A stretch of 64,000 bases of DNA from an uncultured Saprospiraceae bacterium (GTDB lineage Bacteria > Bacteroidota > Bacteroidia > Chitinophagales > Saprospiraceae), in the NCBI GenBank assembly GCA_964470035.1, contig CAYYBR010000001.1, positions 8,776 through 72,775 of the forward strand, in the 5' to 3' direction. The notes beneath the pieces are model-generated. The model saw only the letters and a list, made by a program, of their open reading frames with translations. It was not told the DNA's origin and did not search any database. Shown piece after piece: positions 27,020 through 35,977 of this stretch. The position numbers and the translations under genes are program-made. The first letter of the stretch is position 1, and every line of letters starts with the position of its first letter.

Positions 27020-27865
27020 ATGAATACACTTAAAGGCATATTTGTAAGTATCCTGCCATTATTGAGTCTCATTGTAGCGGTGATCGAAGGCTATCATGTA
27101 TACCAATCGGGCTGGACCTGGACACATGGGGGTGCATTACTTGGGTCTATGACTATTACATTGGTTTTTGCTAGCATCTTTTTGGTTGCGAGAGCGAGGA
27201 CGGGAGCTAACTTGATAGGTTATTCGCTATTAGTGGGTGCAGGTATGGTCATCGCACTAGTAGGAGTCTTTATGTTTGGAGAACCGTCTTCTGCACTTTG
27301 GTCGAGTACTCTGATGGGGCTTTCTTGGTTGCTCTATGTTAGGTGGTACTCGTTATTTGATCAAAGAGATAAGAGCAAGATATCGTTAGGTGCGCAGTTG
27401 CCTGCGTTTCAACTGATCGATGAATCTGGCCAATCAAAGTCGGTAAAAGATTTAACCGATGCTCCGCGGATATGGATGTTCTATCGAGGCAACTGGTGTC
27501 CACTATGTATGGCACAGATCAAAGAGGTCTCTAGCCTGTATAAGGAGATCGAAAATCGAGGAGCCAAGGTCGCCCTCATAAGTTCTCAGCCTCATAGGTA
27601 TACAAAGGGACTAGCTAAAAAGCACAAGGTCAATTTTGACTTCCTCATGGATCAGGATAATGAAGCAGCGAAAACGCTGGGTATTTTTGCTAAGAATGGC
27701 ACACCTACTGCGATGGTAGCTTTGGGTTATAAGTTAGACACGGCGATGCCGACTATCTTCATAACTGATAAGGGAGGAGATATCATTTATTCTGATTTAA
27801 CGGATAACTATCGCGTTCGGCCGGAGCCACAAGAATTTCTCAAAGTATTAGATAAAGTCGCTTAA
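27020..27865 (+). CDS. Membrane-anchored redoxin (AhpC/TSA-like) domain protein
   Basis: 281 aa. About four N-terminal TM helices, then a thioredoxin-fold domain with WCPLC. Confidence 0.7.
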   Translation: MNTLKGIFVSILPLLSLIVAVIEGYHVYQSGWTWTHGGALLGSMTITLVFASIFLVARARTGANLIGYSLLVGAGMVIALVGVFMFGEPSSALWSSTLMGLSWLLYVRWYSLFDQRDKSKISLGAQLPAFQLIDESGQSKSVKDLTDAPRIWMFYRGNWCPLCMAQIKEVSSLYKEIENRGAKVALISSQPHRYTKGLAKKHKVNFDFLMDQDNEAAKTLGIFAKNGTPTAMVALGYKLDTAMPTIFITDKGGDIIYSDLTDNYRVRPEPQEFLKVLDKVA

Positions 27866-27874
27866 ATCTACTCT

Positions 27875-28432
27875 ATGACAGATCATCATCATCTTCAAGT
27901 CCTAGTCGACGTACTAACAGAAAAGGACTTTGGGCCCTACTACCAACCTTTTATTGATCTGGTCCCTAGGGGCATGAGCTTGTCCCAAGCCTTGTTAGTT
28001 GAAAATGCACCTTTGCCTGATACAGTATCTCACCTTAGTGAGACAGAAGCCTTGTACAGATATAGTGAAGGTAAGTGGTCGATCAAAGAGGTGATCATAC
28101 ACCTGACCGATGCAGAACGAATATTTGGTTACCGAGCGATGAGATATGCCCGCAAGGATACAACTCCTCTGATGGGTTTTGAGCAAGACGACTTTGTTGC
28201 TCACGCATATGCTGATGACATACCTTTAAGCCAACTGCTAGAGACTTATCAGCTGCAGCGGAAAGGTACACTGGCTCTATATCAAAGCTTCACTGCGGAT
28301 ATGCTTACGACATCGGGAGTAGCAAGTAGTTATGAGATGACAGTTAGGGCTATAGGCTTCCTTTTTCTTGCTCATGAGATCCATCATGTCAATATTATCA
28401 AGGAGAGGTATTTAAAAAGTATTTCTGCGTGA
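27875..28432 (+). CDS. DinB family protein
   Basis: 185 aa. Four-helix pattern with conserved His residues (HLTDAERIF ... AHEIHH). Confidence 0.7.
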   Translation: MTDHHHLQVLVDVLTEKDFGPYYQPFIDLVPRGMSLSQALLVENAPLPDTVSHLSETEALYRYSEGKWSIKEVIIHLTDAERIFGYRAMRYARKDTTPLMGFEQDDFVAHAYADDIPLSQLLETYQLQRKGTLALYQSFTADMLTTSGVASSYEMTVRAIGFLFLAHEIHHVNIIKERYLKSISA

Positions 28433-29256
28433 TCAAGAAGTATTGGAAGATATTTTTTGTCATCGCTTTAGTTGGCTTTGGGTTCTTCTTCATTTATATC
28501 GATATCAACAAGTTTGGTCTAGAAGTACTTACTAGAGTGAAAACCATAAAAGGTGAGACAGTGAAGCTAGAAATGATGAAGTATGCGGAAGGTAATCACG
28601 ACCATGCGATATGGGATGATCTCCTTCAAAAAAATGTATCCAAATCCGGGAGTGTGGATTACCTAGGATTTATGAATGATCGAGATCTGCTTACACAATA
28701 TCTAGATCACTTATCTATAGGACCTCCAGCTCTTGACAAGCCTAGTCAAGAGCAACTCGCTTACTGGATCAATGCATATAATGCCTTCACAATTCAGCTG
28801 ATCATAGATCACTGGCCCTTGAAGTCCATAAAAGATATTGGTGGAAATGTTCCGATGATAGACTCTCCTTGGAGTATCAAGTTTTTCAAGATAGGAGGTG
28901 TAGATTTTGATCTTGATACCATAGAGCATGAGATCTTAAGGAAGAAGTTCAACGAACCACGTATCCACTTTGCTATCGTATGCGCTTCGATGTCGTGCCC
29001 CGCCTTACTCAATCGTGCCTTTGTGCCTCAGAAAGTAGATGGCCAACTCGATCAGCAAGCCCGCGCATTTATACATGATCCTAGCAAAAATCAGATATCT
29101 GAAGAGACGATGGCGCTTTCGCAAATATTTGATTGGTTCAAGATGGACTTTACAAAAGAAGGAAGCCTACGCCAATACATCCAGCAGTATACATCAGTAA
29201 ATCTACCAGAGGGTGACATCGACTTTATAGCATATGACTGGTCCCTGAATATGTAA
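28429..29256 (+). CDS. DUF547 domain protein
   Basis: 275 aa. AYWINAYNAFT and EPRIHFAIVCASMSCPAL motifs are characteristic of DUF547. Confidence 0.7.
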   Translation: MIKKYWKIFFVIALVGFGFFFIYIDINKFGLEVLTRVKTIKGETVKLEMMKYAEGNHDHAIWDDLLQKNVSKSGSVDYLGFMNDRDLLTQYLDHLSIGPPALDKPSQEQLAYWINAYNAFTIQLIIDHWPLKSIKDIGGNVPMIDSPWSIKFFKIGGVDFDLDTIEHEILRKKFNEPRIHFAIVCASMSCPALLNRAFVPQKVDGQLDQQARAFIHDPSKNQISEETMALSQIFDWFKMDFTKEGSLRQYIQQYTSVNLPEGDIDFIAYDWSLNM

Positions 29257-29273
29257 GAAGTCCACTGAGGGCT

Positions 29274-30353
29274 TCAGTATATGCCTGGGATAATCTTGTG
29301 CCGCACTTTCTCCTGATACTCTTCCCAGAGAGGGCCATATTTCAAAAGGCATCTTTTATCATCATCTAGTTGTCGAGGCACTAAAAGCAAGATATAATAG
29401 AGCGGATAGAGCCAAGGCCAGATAAGGTCATAATGCCCCACGGCAGAGGCTATACCTAGACCCATACATATCTCGCCGAGATAATTGATATGTCGACTTA
29501 CTCCCCAGAATCCTGACGCCAAAATCCGCTTTTTGCCATCCGTGAGTGCTATAGGTCGAATACCTAAGAATGACTTTTCAGGTTTCGTCTTAAAATAGAA
29601 CTTCTGCATATTGGCACCACGTGCCATGATCCAACCCGCAAAAAACACTATTGCGGAGAGGGCCAATTGCCATGAAGTCATATCAGGATTTGGACGATCG
29701 ACAGTAGACCATAAAGCGATAGAGTAGAAGTATGGGTAGAAAAAAAGACAGCCCCAGCCCAACTTAAAACCCACTCTTTCAGCGAAGATGTCATATGTAT
29801 AGAGATGCACGTGCTCGAAGATCAAGTAGTCTACGGCAAACCAAATCAATAAGACAGCACTGAGAAGAATGCCTGGGTTGATCGATGATCCATACATGAT
29901 GATATGTTGGGTTACAAAGCTGATCACATGTAGTACCAAAAGCACAGCTCCTACAAGATAGAGCCACATTTTATGGTCGATTCGACCTCCTTTAAATTGA
30001 GGATTCTTGCTCCGCCCAAAATAGTAGTCTTTTAAGAAGCTTGGTGTGACCTTCGGATAAGAAAGAGTCATCACTAAACTATAAGCAAGCCCTAGGATGA
30101 GGGCACCCACCAGACTCCACCATCGATGTTGGTATAGCCACGTAAAGTCTACGATACCGAAGTATCCGAGTCCGTACCATATGATGACGCTTGCGATCAA
30201 GACTAGCAGCCCATTCAGGTGATATCGGAGTGGCTGACCTGTTTTATCATCATTTACATATCCAGTGACCCATCTTCCTGGTAGGATGTAGTGAAGTAAG
30301 GTGATCATAGCTATGGTGACTAGTGGTGTAAGCAGTCCTATTATGATATTCAT
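29274..30353 (-). CDS. ERG4/ERG24 family sterol-reductase-like polytopic membrane protein
   Basis: 359 aa. The C-terminal third (ARGANMQKFYFK...LASGFWGVSRHINYLGE...LLLVPRQLDDDKRCLLKYGPLWEEYQEKVRHKIIPGIY) parallels the DHCR7/TM7SF2/ERG24 signature region as I remember it. Confidence 0.8.
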   Translation of the reverse strand: MNIIIGLLTPLVTIAMITLLHYILPGRWVTGYVNDDKTGQPLRYHLNGLLVLIASVIIWYGLGYFGIVDFTWLYQHRWWSLVGALILGLAYSLVMTLSYPKVTPSFLKDYYFGRSKNPQFKGGRIDHKMWLYLVGAVLLVLHVISFVTQHIIMYGSSINPGILLSAVLLIWFAVDYLIFEHVHLYTYDIFAERVGFKLGWGCLFFYPYFYSIALWSTVDRPNPDMTSWQLALSAIVFFAGWIMARGANMQKFYFKTKPEKSFLGIRPIALTDGKKRILASGFWGVSRHINYLGEICMGLGIASAVGHYDLIWPWLYPLYYILLLVPRQLDDDKRCLLKYGPLWEEYQEKVRHKIIPGIY

Positions 30354-31135
30354 CTCAGTGATTTAGTGTTGTTGTGCATCATCTTGATCGCCGTCTTCCT
30401 GGGGAGTAGCCTTGTCATCACAAAGCTACCGATAGAGTTCGTCCAACCGGGTACAACTGTGGGCCCTTTGCCGAGGTGCTTTATAGTTTTTAGTACGACT
30501 TGTTCTGGGTCTAATATGCCCGGTGTCTTGCTAGCAGAACTTCGAGCCTCAAATCCCGGAGTTTGTATGGCCCCTGCTATACTCGCTAAGACGTCGATGT
30601 TATCATTTTTTAATTCTTGCCAAAGTCCCTCTGCCAGTATAGTGTTGAAAGATTTGGACGCAGCATAGGCCGCAAGTCGAGGAGTGCCTTGTCCGCCTGC
30701 CATCGACGACATCAGTATGATACCACCCAACCGATTGTTACCCTTATATCGATCGACGATCACTTTCGTAAATGCTAGTACTGACCGAACATTCACATCA
30801 GTGACCATCCGAAGATCTTCCATGGGCGTATCGGCAAAGTAACCAAGAGGCGCATAGGCGGCATTATATATAGCGAGCCCGATATTGGGTAGGTCGCTTC
30901 TCAAGTATTGTATGAGTTCATCCGTAAGACTTAGGTCTAGGACCTTCACCTGTGTCTTTGTATTATATCTAGACTGTATCTCGTCAGATATTCTTTCAAG
31001 TTGTTTTTTCCTTCTTGCGATAAGTATAAGATGAAACCCTTTGCTAGCCAAATGTCTAGCATAAGCAGCACCTAGTCCTTCGGAAGCTCCCGCGACGATA
31101 GCCCAGGGGCCATATCTTGAAAGTAGATTGGTCAT
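30350..31135 (-). CDS. SDR family oxidoreductase, 17beta-HSD/3-ketoacyl-reductase-like subgroup
   Basis: 261 aa. Cofactor motif GASEGLG, NAA, catalytic S...YAASK, and a C-terminal tail laid out like HSD17B12-type enzymes. 4-nt overlap with the downstream reductase gene. Confidence 0.8.
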   Translation of the reverse strand: MTNLLSRYGPWAIVAGASEGLGAAYARHLASKGFHLILIARRKKQLERISDEIQSRYNTKTQVKVLDLSLTDELIQYLRSDLPNIGLAIYNAAYAPLGYFADTPMEDLRMVTDVNVRSVLAFTKVIVDRYKGNNRLGGIILMSSMAGGQGTPRLAAYAASKSFNTILAEGLWQELKNDNIDVLASIAGAIQTPGFEARSSASKTPGILDPEQVVLKTIKHLGKGPTVVPGWTNSIGSFVMTRLLPRKTAIKMMHNNTKSLR

Positions 31136-31255
31136 CGATTGTCAATATAATGAGCTTTGAGAGATAAAGGAAAGTGTCTTGTCAACTAAAGGGTCGATAA
31201 TCTATCCCTGTGACGGTGATGGTCTCAACAGAAATCCAGTAGACTAAATATATCT

Positions 31256-31270
31256 ATGAATTCATATAGG
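31256..31270. promoter_or_regulatory. Motif site 1: ATGAATTCATATAGG (palindrome TATGAATTCATA at 31255-31266)
   Basis: Lies in the divergent intergenic region between the SDR operon and the LuxR-solo gene. The core ends 48 nt before ATG 31316. Confidence 0.5.
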
Positions 31271-31315
31271 CTGAGCATCTGGATGTATATCATCTTAGAT
31301 GCATAAAATCTGCTT

Positions 31316-31579
31316 ATGGAATTAGTAGCACTGACACCGCCATCAACACAGTTTATACGAGTGCATCCTTCTCTTAAGGATAGGATTTCGGAACGAGAGA
31401 TAGAGGTTCTGAGAAATATAGCGAATGGAGCCACCTCACAAGAGATAGCGGATGACTTATATATCAGCCATCACACCGTGATATCTCATCGGAAGAATTT
31501 ATTGATTAAGCTGGATGCCCGAAACACAGCTCATCTGATCATGATTGGTGTGAAGTTGGGTTTATTGCCAACTTTTTAA
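31316..31579 (+). CDS. Stand-alone LuxR/GerE-type HTH protein (87 aa)
   Basis: SEREIEVLRNIANGATSQEIADDLYISHHTVISHRKNLLIKL is a GerE HTH. There is no receiver domain. Confidence 0.75.
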   Translation: MELVALTPPSTQFIRVHPSLKDRISEREIEVLRNIANGATSQEIADDLYISHHTVISHRKNLLIKLDARNTAHLIMIGVKLGLLPTF

Positions 31580-31684
31580 ATAGAGTAAAGACTTTAGTAT
31601 AGGGCTAATGCGATGATTCTGAGTGAATTTAGCTATATAGTTAATCCTTTCAAACCGATCATTCGACATGCCCTTGTAGCAACC

Positions 31685-33778
31685 ATGGATAAATTTCTAA
31701 ATATACTTTTTGTGATTTTGTTTGTCTCGACAAGTATGGTTTCGCTTCTTGGTCAGAAAACTCCATCTGTTGATGATGTCAAGCAACGACTCCAAGAGGT
31801 CCAGTCTAGTGATGACCGTGTTTATTTGTACAAGGTTATATACTCTCTATTGAGGTTTTCTGATCCAATGGAAGCAGAAGTTTATTATAACAAAATAGAT
31901 TCTATAAGTAAACAAGAAAATAACCTTAGGGCCAAAGGGAGCGTAGCTCATTTATCTGGGCTTGAGGCCATGATCACAACAGATTTTGATCAAGCAAAAG
32001 AAGGGCTGCTTGAAGCACTGGATATTTATGAAGAGGTCGGCATGGAGATGGATGTAAGCGATGCTTACAATGATCTTGGGATTTTGAAAACACGACTAAG
32101 TCAGTGGGATAGTGCGCGATATTTTATGGGCATAGCATATGAGATTAGAAAAACCATAGATGACATTAAGCCCTACCAGCTTTATATGACAGCTGCTAAT
32201 ATTGGAGCTATTTCAGTTCAAATCAATGATTATGATACTGCCTTCGAGCATTACTATGAAGGTGTAGATCTTGCTGAGGCATATGGGGACACCTTTATGT
32301 TAGCCACCTTGTATAATAATATCGGACGTACTCACCATCTTCTAGAAGAGGATGAAGAAGCAAAAAGTGCATTGCTCAGAGCAGTTCTTATGGGGAGTGC
32401 TTTAGATCTAAAATCAACAGTGGCCAATGCCTCTACCAACTTAACCCTGATATATGAGGATTCGAACCTAGATAGCGCTATTTATTATATAAACATAGCT
32501 ATTGATAATTACCGCCAACTTGGAGATTCAAAACATGAGGCTAATGCTTTAGGTATTCTGGGAGAAATGCTCTATCAGAAAAAAGATATTATTCTTTCTG
32601 AGAAGTATATGAAGATGTCATTGGATCTCAACCTTGAGCTCGGCGATGAAAGTGCTATCGCTGATAGTCGTTATAGGCTGGCGAAATTGCAATTTGATCA
32701 AGGTCTATACAGTGAAGCACTTAGTAATGTAGAATCAGGTGAGCAGATTTATACGGAGTTGGGGAGGTTGGAGAAATTAAAAAAAGGCTTCTTGCTCAAG
32801 AGTAAAGCTCTGTCTAAATTAAAAAGAAGTGAAGAGGCATTACTTGCATACCAGGATTATGATGCCCTTGAAGACAGCCTATATCTACTGAAGTATAATG
32901 AAGATGTAGCTGATATAAGAACGCGGTATGATACAGAAAAGAAGCAGATACAAATAGAAAAGCAAGAAGAAGTGATAAAGAGGCAAGAAGCCTCCCAAAG
33001 AGCCCTTATCGTTGGCTCTGTTCTATTGTTCTCACTAGTTGGACTAGGGCTTAGTTTTATAATACAACGACATAGGAAGAACAAGCGAATTGTCGAGCAA
33101 GAGGCAGCTTTAAAAGATCAAGAGATACAACAATTAAAACAAGAAAAGAAAATCCTAAGCATGAATGCGATGATAGAAGGACAAGAAGCAGAACGAACAA
33201 GGATAGCCAAAGACTTACATGATGGGCTTGGGGGATTATTGTCAACAGTAAAGGCACACTTCAGCAACATTCAATCTGAAATCAAACAACTAGAAGGCCT
33301 AAAAGTATATGATCGGGCCCAAGAGATGATGGACGAAGCATGTGATGAAGTGCGTAGGATATCTCATAATATGATGCCAGGTGCATTACGACTAGAAGGT
33401 CTGATAAGTGCAGTAGAACAACTTGGGGAGGAGATGTCTGATGCGCACCTTTTTGAAGTGAAGGTGGAGGCCATTAACTTTGATACTCGTTTAGAAGAAT
33501 CAAAAGAGATATTTGTCTACCGGATTATCCAAGAGGCTATGAATAATATCATTAAGCACGCAGCTGCTAAAAGAGTATTGATTCAGATGTCAGAAAGTGC
33601 CGATCAATATCATTTTATCATCGAAGATGATGGTAAAGGATTTGATCCACTTGAGATGGAGTCGGGATTGGGGCTCAGGTCTATACAATCCAGGGTGGAG
33701 TTTCTTCAAGGTGATTTAGATATAGATACGAAGCTGCAAGTAGGTACCACTATTTCCTTTTCTCTACCTAAACCATAA
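31685..33778 (+). CDS. TPR-repeat sensor histidine kinase (HisKA_3 + HATPase_c), paralog 1
   Basis: Signal/TM, TPR array, coiled coil, one TM, H-box RIAKDLHDGLGG, N-box EAMNNIIKHA and G-box DDGKGF. The ORF opens at 31613, but ATG 31685 gives a signal-peptide-like N-terminus. Confidence 0.85.
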   Translation: MDKFLNILFVILFVSTSMVSLLGQKTPSVDDVKQRLQEVQSSDDRVYLYKVIYSLLRFSDPMEAEVYYNKIDSISKQENNLRAKGSVAHLSGLEAMITTDFDQAKEGLLEALDIYEEVGMEMDVSDAYNDLGILKTRLSQWDSARYFMGIAYEIRKTIDDIKPYQLYMTAANIGAISVQINDYDTAFEHYYEGVDLAEAYGDTFMLATLYNNIGRTHHLLEEDEEAKSALLRAVLMGSALDLKSTVANASTNLTLIYEDSNLDSAIYYINIAIDNYRQLGDSKHEANALGILGEMLYQKKDIILSEKYMKMSLDLNLELGDESAIADSRYRLAKLQFDQGLYSEALSNVESGEQIYTELGRLEKLKKGFLLKSKALSKLKRSEEALLAYQDYDALEDSLYLLKYNEDVADIRTRYDTEKKQIQIEKQEEVIKRQEASQRALIVGSVLLFSLVGLGLSFIIQRHRKNKRIVEQEAALKDQEIQQLKQEKKILSMNAMIEGQEAERTRIAKDLHDGLGGLLSTVKAHFSNIQSEIKQLEGLKVYDRAQEMMDEACDEVRRISHNMMPGALRLEGLISAVEQLGEEMSDAHLFEVKVEAINFDTRLEESKEIFVYRIIQEAMNNIIKHAAAKRVLIQMSESADQYHFIIEDDGKGFDPLEMESGLGLRSIQSRVEFLQGDLDIDTKLQVGTTISFSLPKP

Positions 33779-33807
33779 TTTACTGATTTATGATTTGTAT
33801 TATGCTT

Positions 33808-33817
33808 GAATTCATAT
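33808..33817. promoter_or_regulatory. Motif site 2: GAATTCATAT overlapping the start codon of histidine kinase 2
   Basis: Read directly. The last two bases of the motif are the AT of ATG 33816. Confidence 0.4.
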
Positions 33818-35774
33818 GAAGTGCTCTGCGATTTTAGCGTTGTTTTTTTGGCTTTCTGCTGTTCCATCTATAGGTCAGGATACGGAGCATATGGATAGTA
33901 TTTATCAAACTTTAACAGCCTCTACTAGTACTTTAGATTCTGCAAAGGCATACTTGGCCCTTGCTTCAGCGCTGTATGTTTTTCATCCAGATAGCGCCAT
34001 AGGTTTGGCAGAGCAGGCTAGGGTGTTGGCGGTACAAAGTGGTGATCCTTTTATTATGGCCCAATCTCTGGTAAGAGTAAGTCTTAAGTTTATTAATGGC
34101 GGCCAGTACTCTTCTGCTGTTGACACCCTATTAAAGGCAGATTCATTTTTGGATACCACTTCTATGCAAAAAGAGGTGTTGGATTTGCGTGCTCTGTTGC
34201 ATAGAAATTTAGGCACCTGTTACAACTACCAAAACAAGCATGAAAAGGCGATTGAAACACATCTAAAAACTCTTTCCATCGCTAAGAAAGCGCATAATAT
34301 GAAAGAGATAATATACGCGAATTATAATATTGCTGTAGTTCACTTTTCAAACCAGAACTATGATAGAGCGTTACACTATCAGAGTAACGCTTACACAGCG
34401 GCTGTCGAGGCTGGAGATAATATGCAGGTGGCCAGCGCCCTTAACTTGAGAGGTGCACTCTTTTACTATTTGTCAGAATTGGATAGTGCTAAAATATATT
34501 CACAGCAGGCACTTGATATAGCGGAAAAGTACGATTACCAACAACCTTCTATCGAGGCAGCTAATGTCTTAGCAAGTATATACTATACTGAGGAAGAATA
34601 TGAGCAAGCCGCGGTCTATCATAAAAACATTCTAGAAAAAGCTAAATTCTCTGGCAACCAATATCATATAGCATCTGTAACTGGCAGTCTAGCTGAGACC
34701 CATGCTAAGATGGGAGATGTAACTAATGCTCGTAGATACTTTTCAGAATTTAAAAAAATTAATGAAGAGCTTAATAATCTACAGTTGGGAAAGTTAAATG
34801 CTCTTAATCACGCTGAGTTCGAAAAATCTCTTGGTAACTATAGGCAAGCTTATGAGCTAATTACAGATTATGTGGTTATCCAGGATACATTATATAGTGA
34901 GGAAAACAGACGTATCCAGGTTGACATGGAGGCGAAATACGATGCTGCTGTCAAGGACACAGAGATAGCAAGACAACAAAACTTGTTGAATCAGCAGTCA
35001 AACCAAAGAAAACTACTAGGAGGAGCAGGTTTGATTTCGTTATTACTTGCTGGCTTTTTCTGGTATAGAAAAAGGACATCTGATCAACTTCGAGTTCAAG
35101 AGAAAGAACTTGACAAGCAAAGAATCACACAACTAGAAAAAGAAAAGAAAATTCTAAGCATGAATGCGATGATAGAAGGACAAGAAGCTGAAAGGACCAG
35201 GATAGCAAAAGATCTACATGATGGACTTGGAGGACTTTTGTCAACGGTAAAAGCACACTTCGGTAATATTCAATCTGAAATCAAACAACTAGAAGGACTA
35301 AAAGTATACGATCGTGCCCAAGAGATGATGGATGAGGCTTGCGACGAAGTGCGCAGGATATCTCATAATCTGATGCCAGGAGCCCTCAGATTAGAGGGCT
35401 TAAAGAGCGCAGTTGAACAATTGGGAGAAGAGATGTCGGCTGCTCACTCTTTTGAGGTGAAAGTAGAGGCTGTTAACTTTGATACACGTTTAGACGAATC
35501 TAATGAGGTGTTTGTTTATCGCATCATCCAAGAGGCAATGAATAATATCATCAAGCATGCAGATGCAAAAAAAGTGTTGATTCAGATGTCCGAAAGCGCT
35601 GATCAATATCATTTTATCATCGAGGATGATGGAAAAGGATTTGATCCACTTCAGATAGAGTCTGGATTAGGACTTAAGTCGATACAGTCAAGAGTAGATT
35701 TTCTTCAGGGGAATTTAGATGTCGATACTCGTATAGGGGTGGGAACTACCTTGTCATTTTATTTGCCTAAGTAA
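33816..35774 (+). CDS. TPR-repeat sensor histidine kinase (HisKA_3 + HATPase_c), paralog 2
   Basis: 652 aa with the same architecture as paralog 1. The last ~210 residues are nearly identical to paralog 1, while the sensor part has diverged. Confidence 0.85.
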   Translation: MKCSAILALFFWLSAVPSIGQDTEHMDSIYQTLTASTSTLDSAKAYLALASALYVFHPDSAIGLAEQARVLAVQSGDPFIMAQSLVRVSLKFINGGQYSSAVDTLLKADSFLDTTSMQKEVLDLRALLHRNLGTCYNYQNKHEKAIETHLKTLSIAKKAHNMKEIIYANYNIAVVHFSNQNYDRALHYQSNAYTAAVEAGDNMQVASALNLRGALFYYLSELDSAKIYSQQALDIAEKYDYQQPSIEAANVLASIYYTEEEYEQAAVYHKNILEKAKFSGNQYHIASVTGSLAETHAKMGDVTNARRYFSEFKKINEELNNLQLGKLNALNHAEFEKSLGNYRQAYELITDYVVIQDTLYSEENRRIQVDMEAKYDAAVKDTEIARQQNLLNQQSNQRKLLGGAGLISLLLAGFFWYRKRTSDQLRVQEKELDKQRITQLEKEKKILSMNAMIEGQEAERTRIAKDLHDGLGGLLSTVKAHFGNIQSEIKQLEGLKVYDRAQEMMDEACDEVRRISHNLMPGALRLEGLKSAVEQLGEEMSAAHSFEVKVEAVNFDTRLDESNEVFVYRIIQEAMNNIIKHADAKKVLIQMSESADQYHFIIEDDGKGFDPLQIESGLGLKSIQSRVDFLQGNLDVDTRIGVGTTLSFYLPK

Positions 35775-35915
35775 TTAGAACTAGTCAAAAGCCAGAGATA
35801 CCCTCTTCTGCATAATAACATCGTGCTAGATCTAAGGCGCAACGGGTATAAAACTCGCCGTCAATCTTGCCATATGTGATACAGTGATTACACAATGATG
35901 TAAATGCAAAAATCG

Positions 35916-35930
35916 ATGAATTCATATAGG
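35916..35930. promoter_or_regulatory. Motif site 3: ATGAATTCATATAGG, identical 15-mer to site 1
   Basis: The GAATTCATAT core ends 50 nt before ATG 35978. Confidence 0.5.
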
Positions 35931-35977
35931 ATTCAGAGAGGACTAAATAAAATCTTTACAGCACAAAAGCTATAAAT

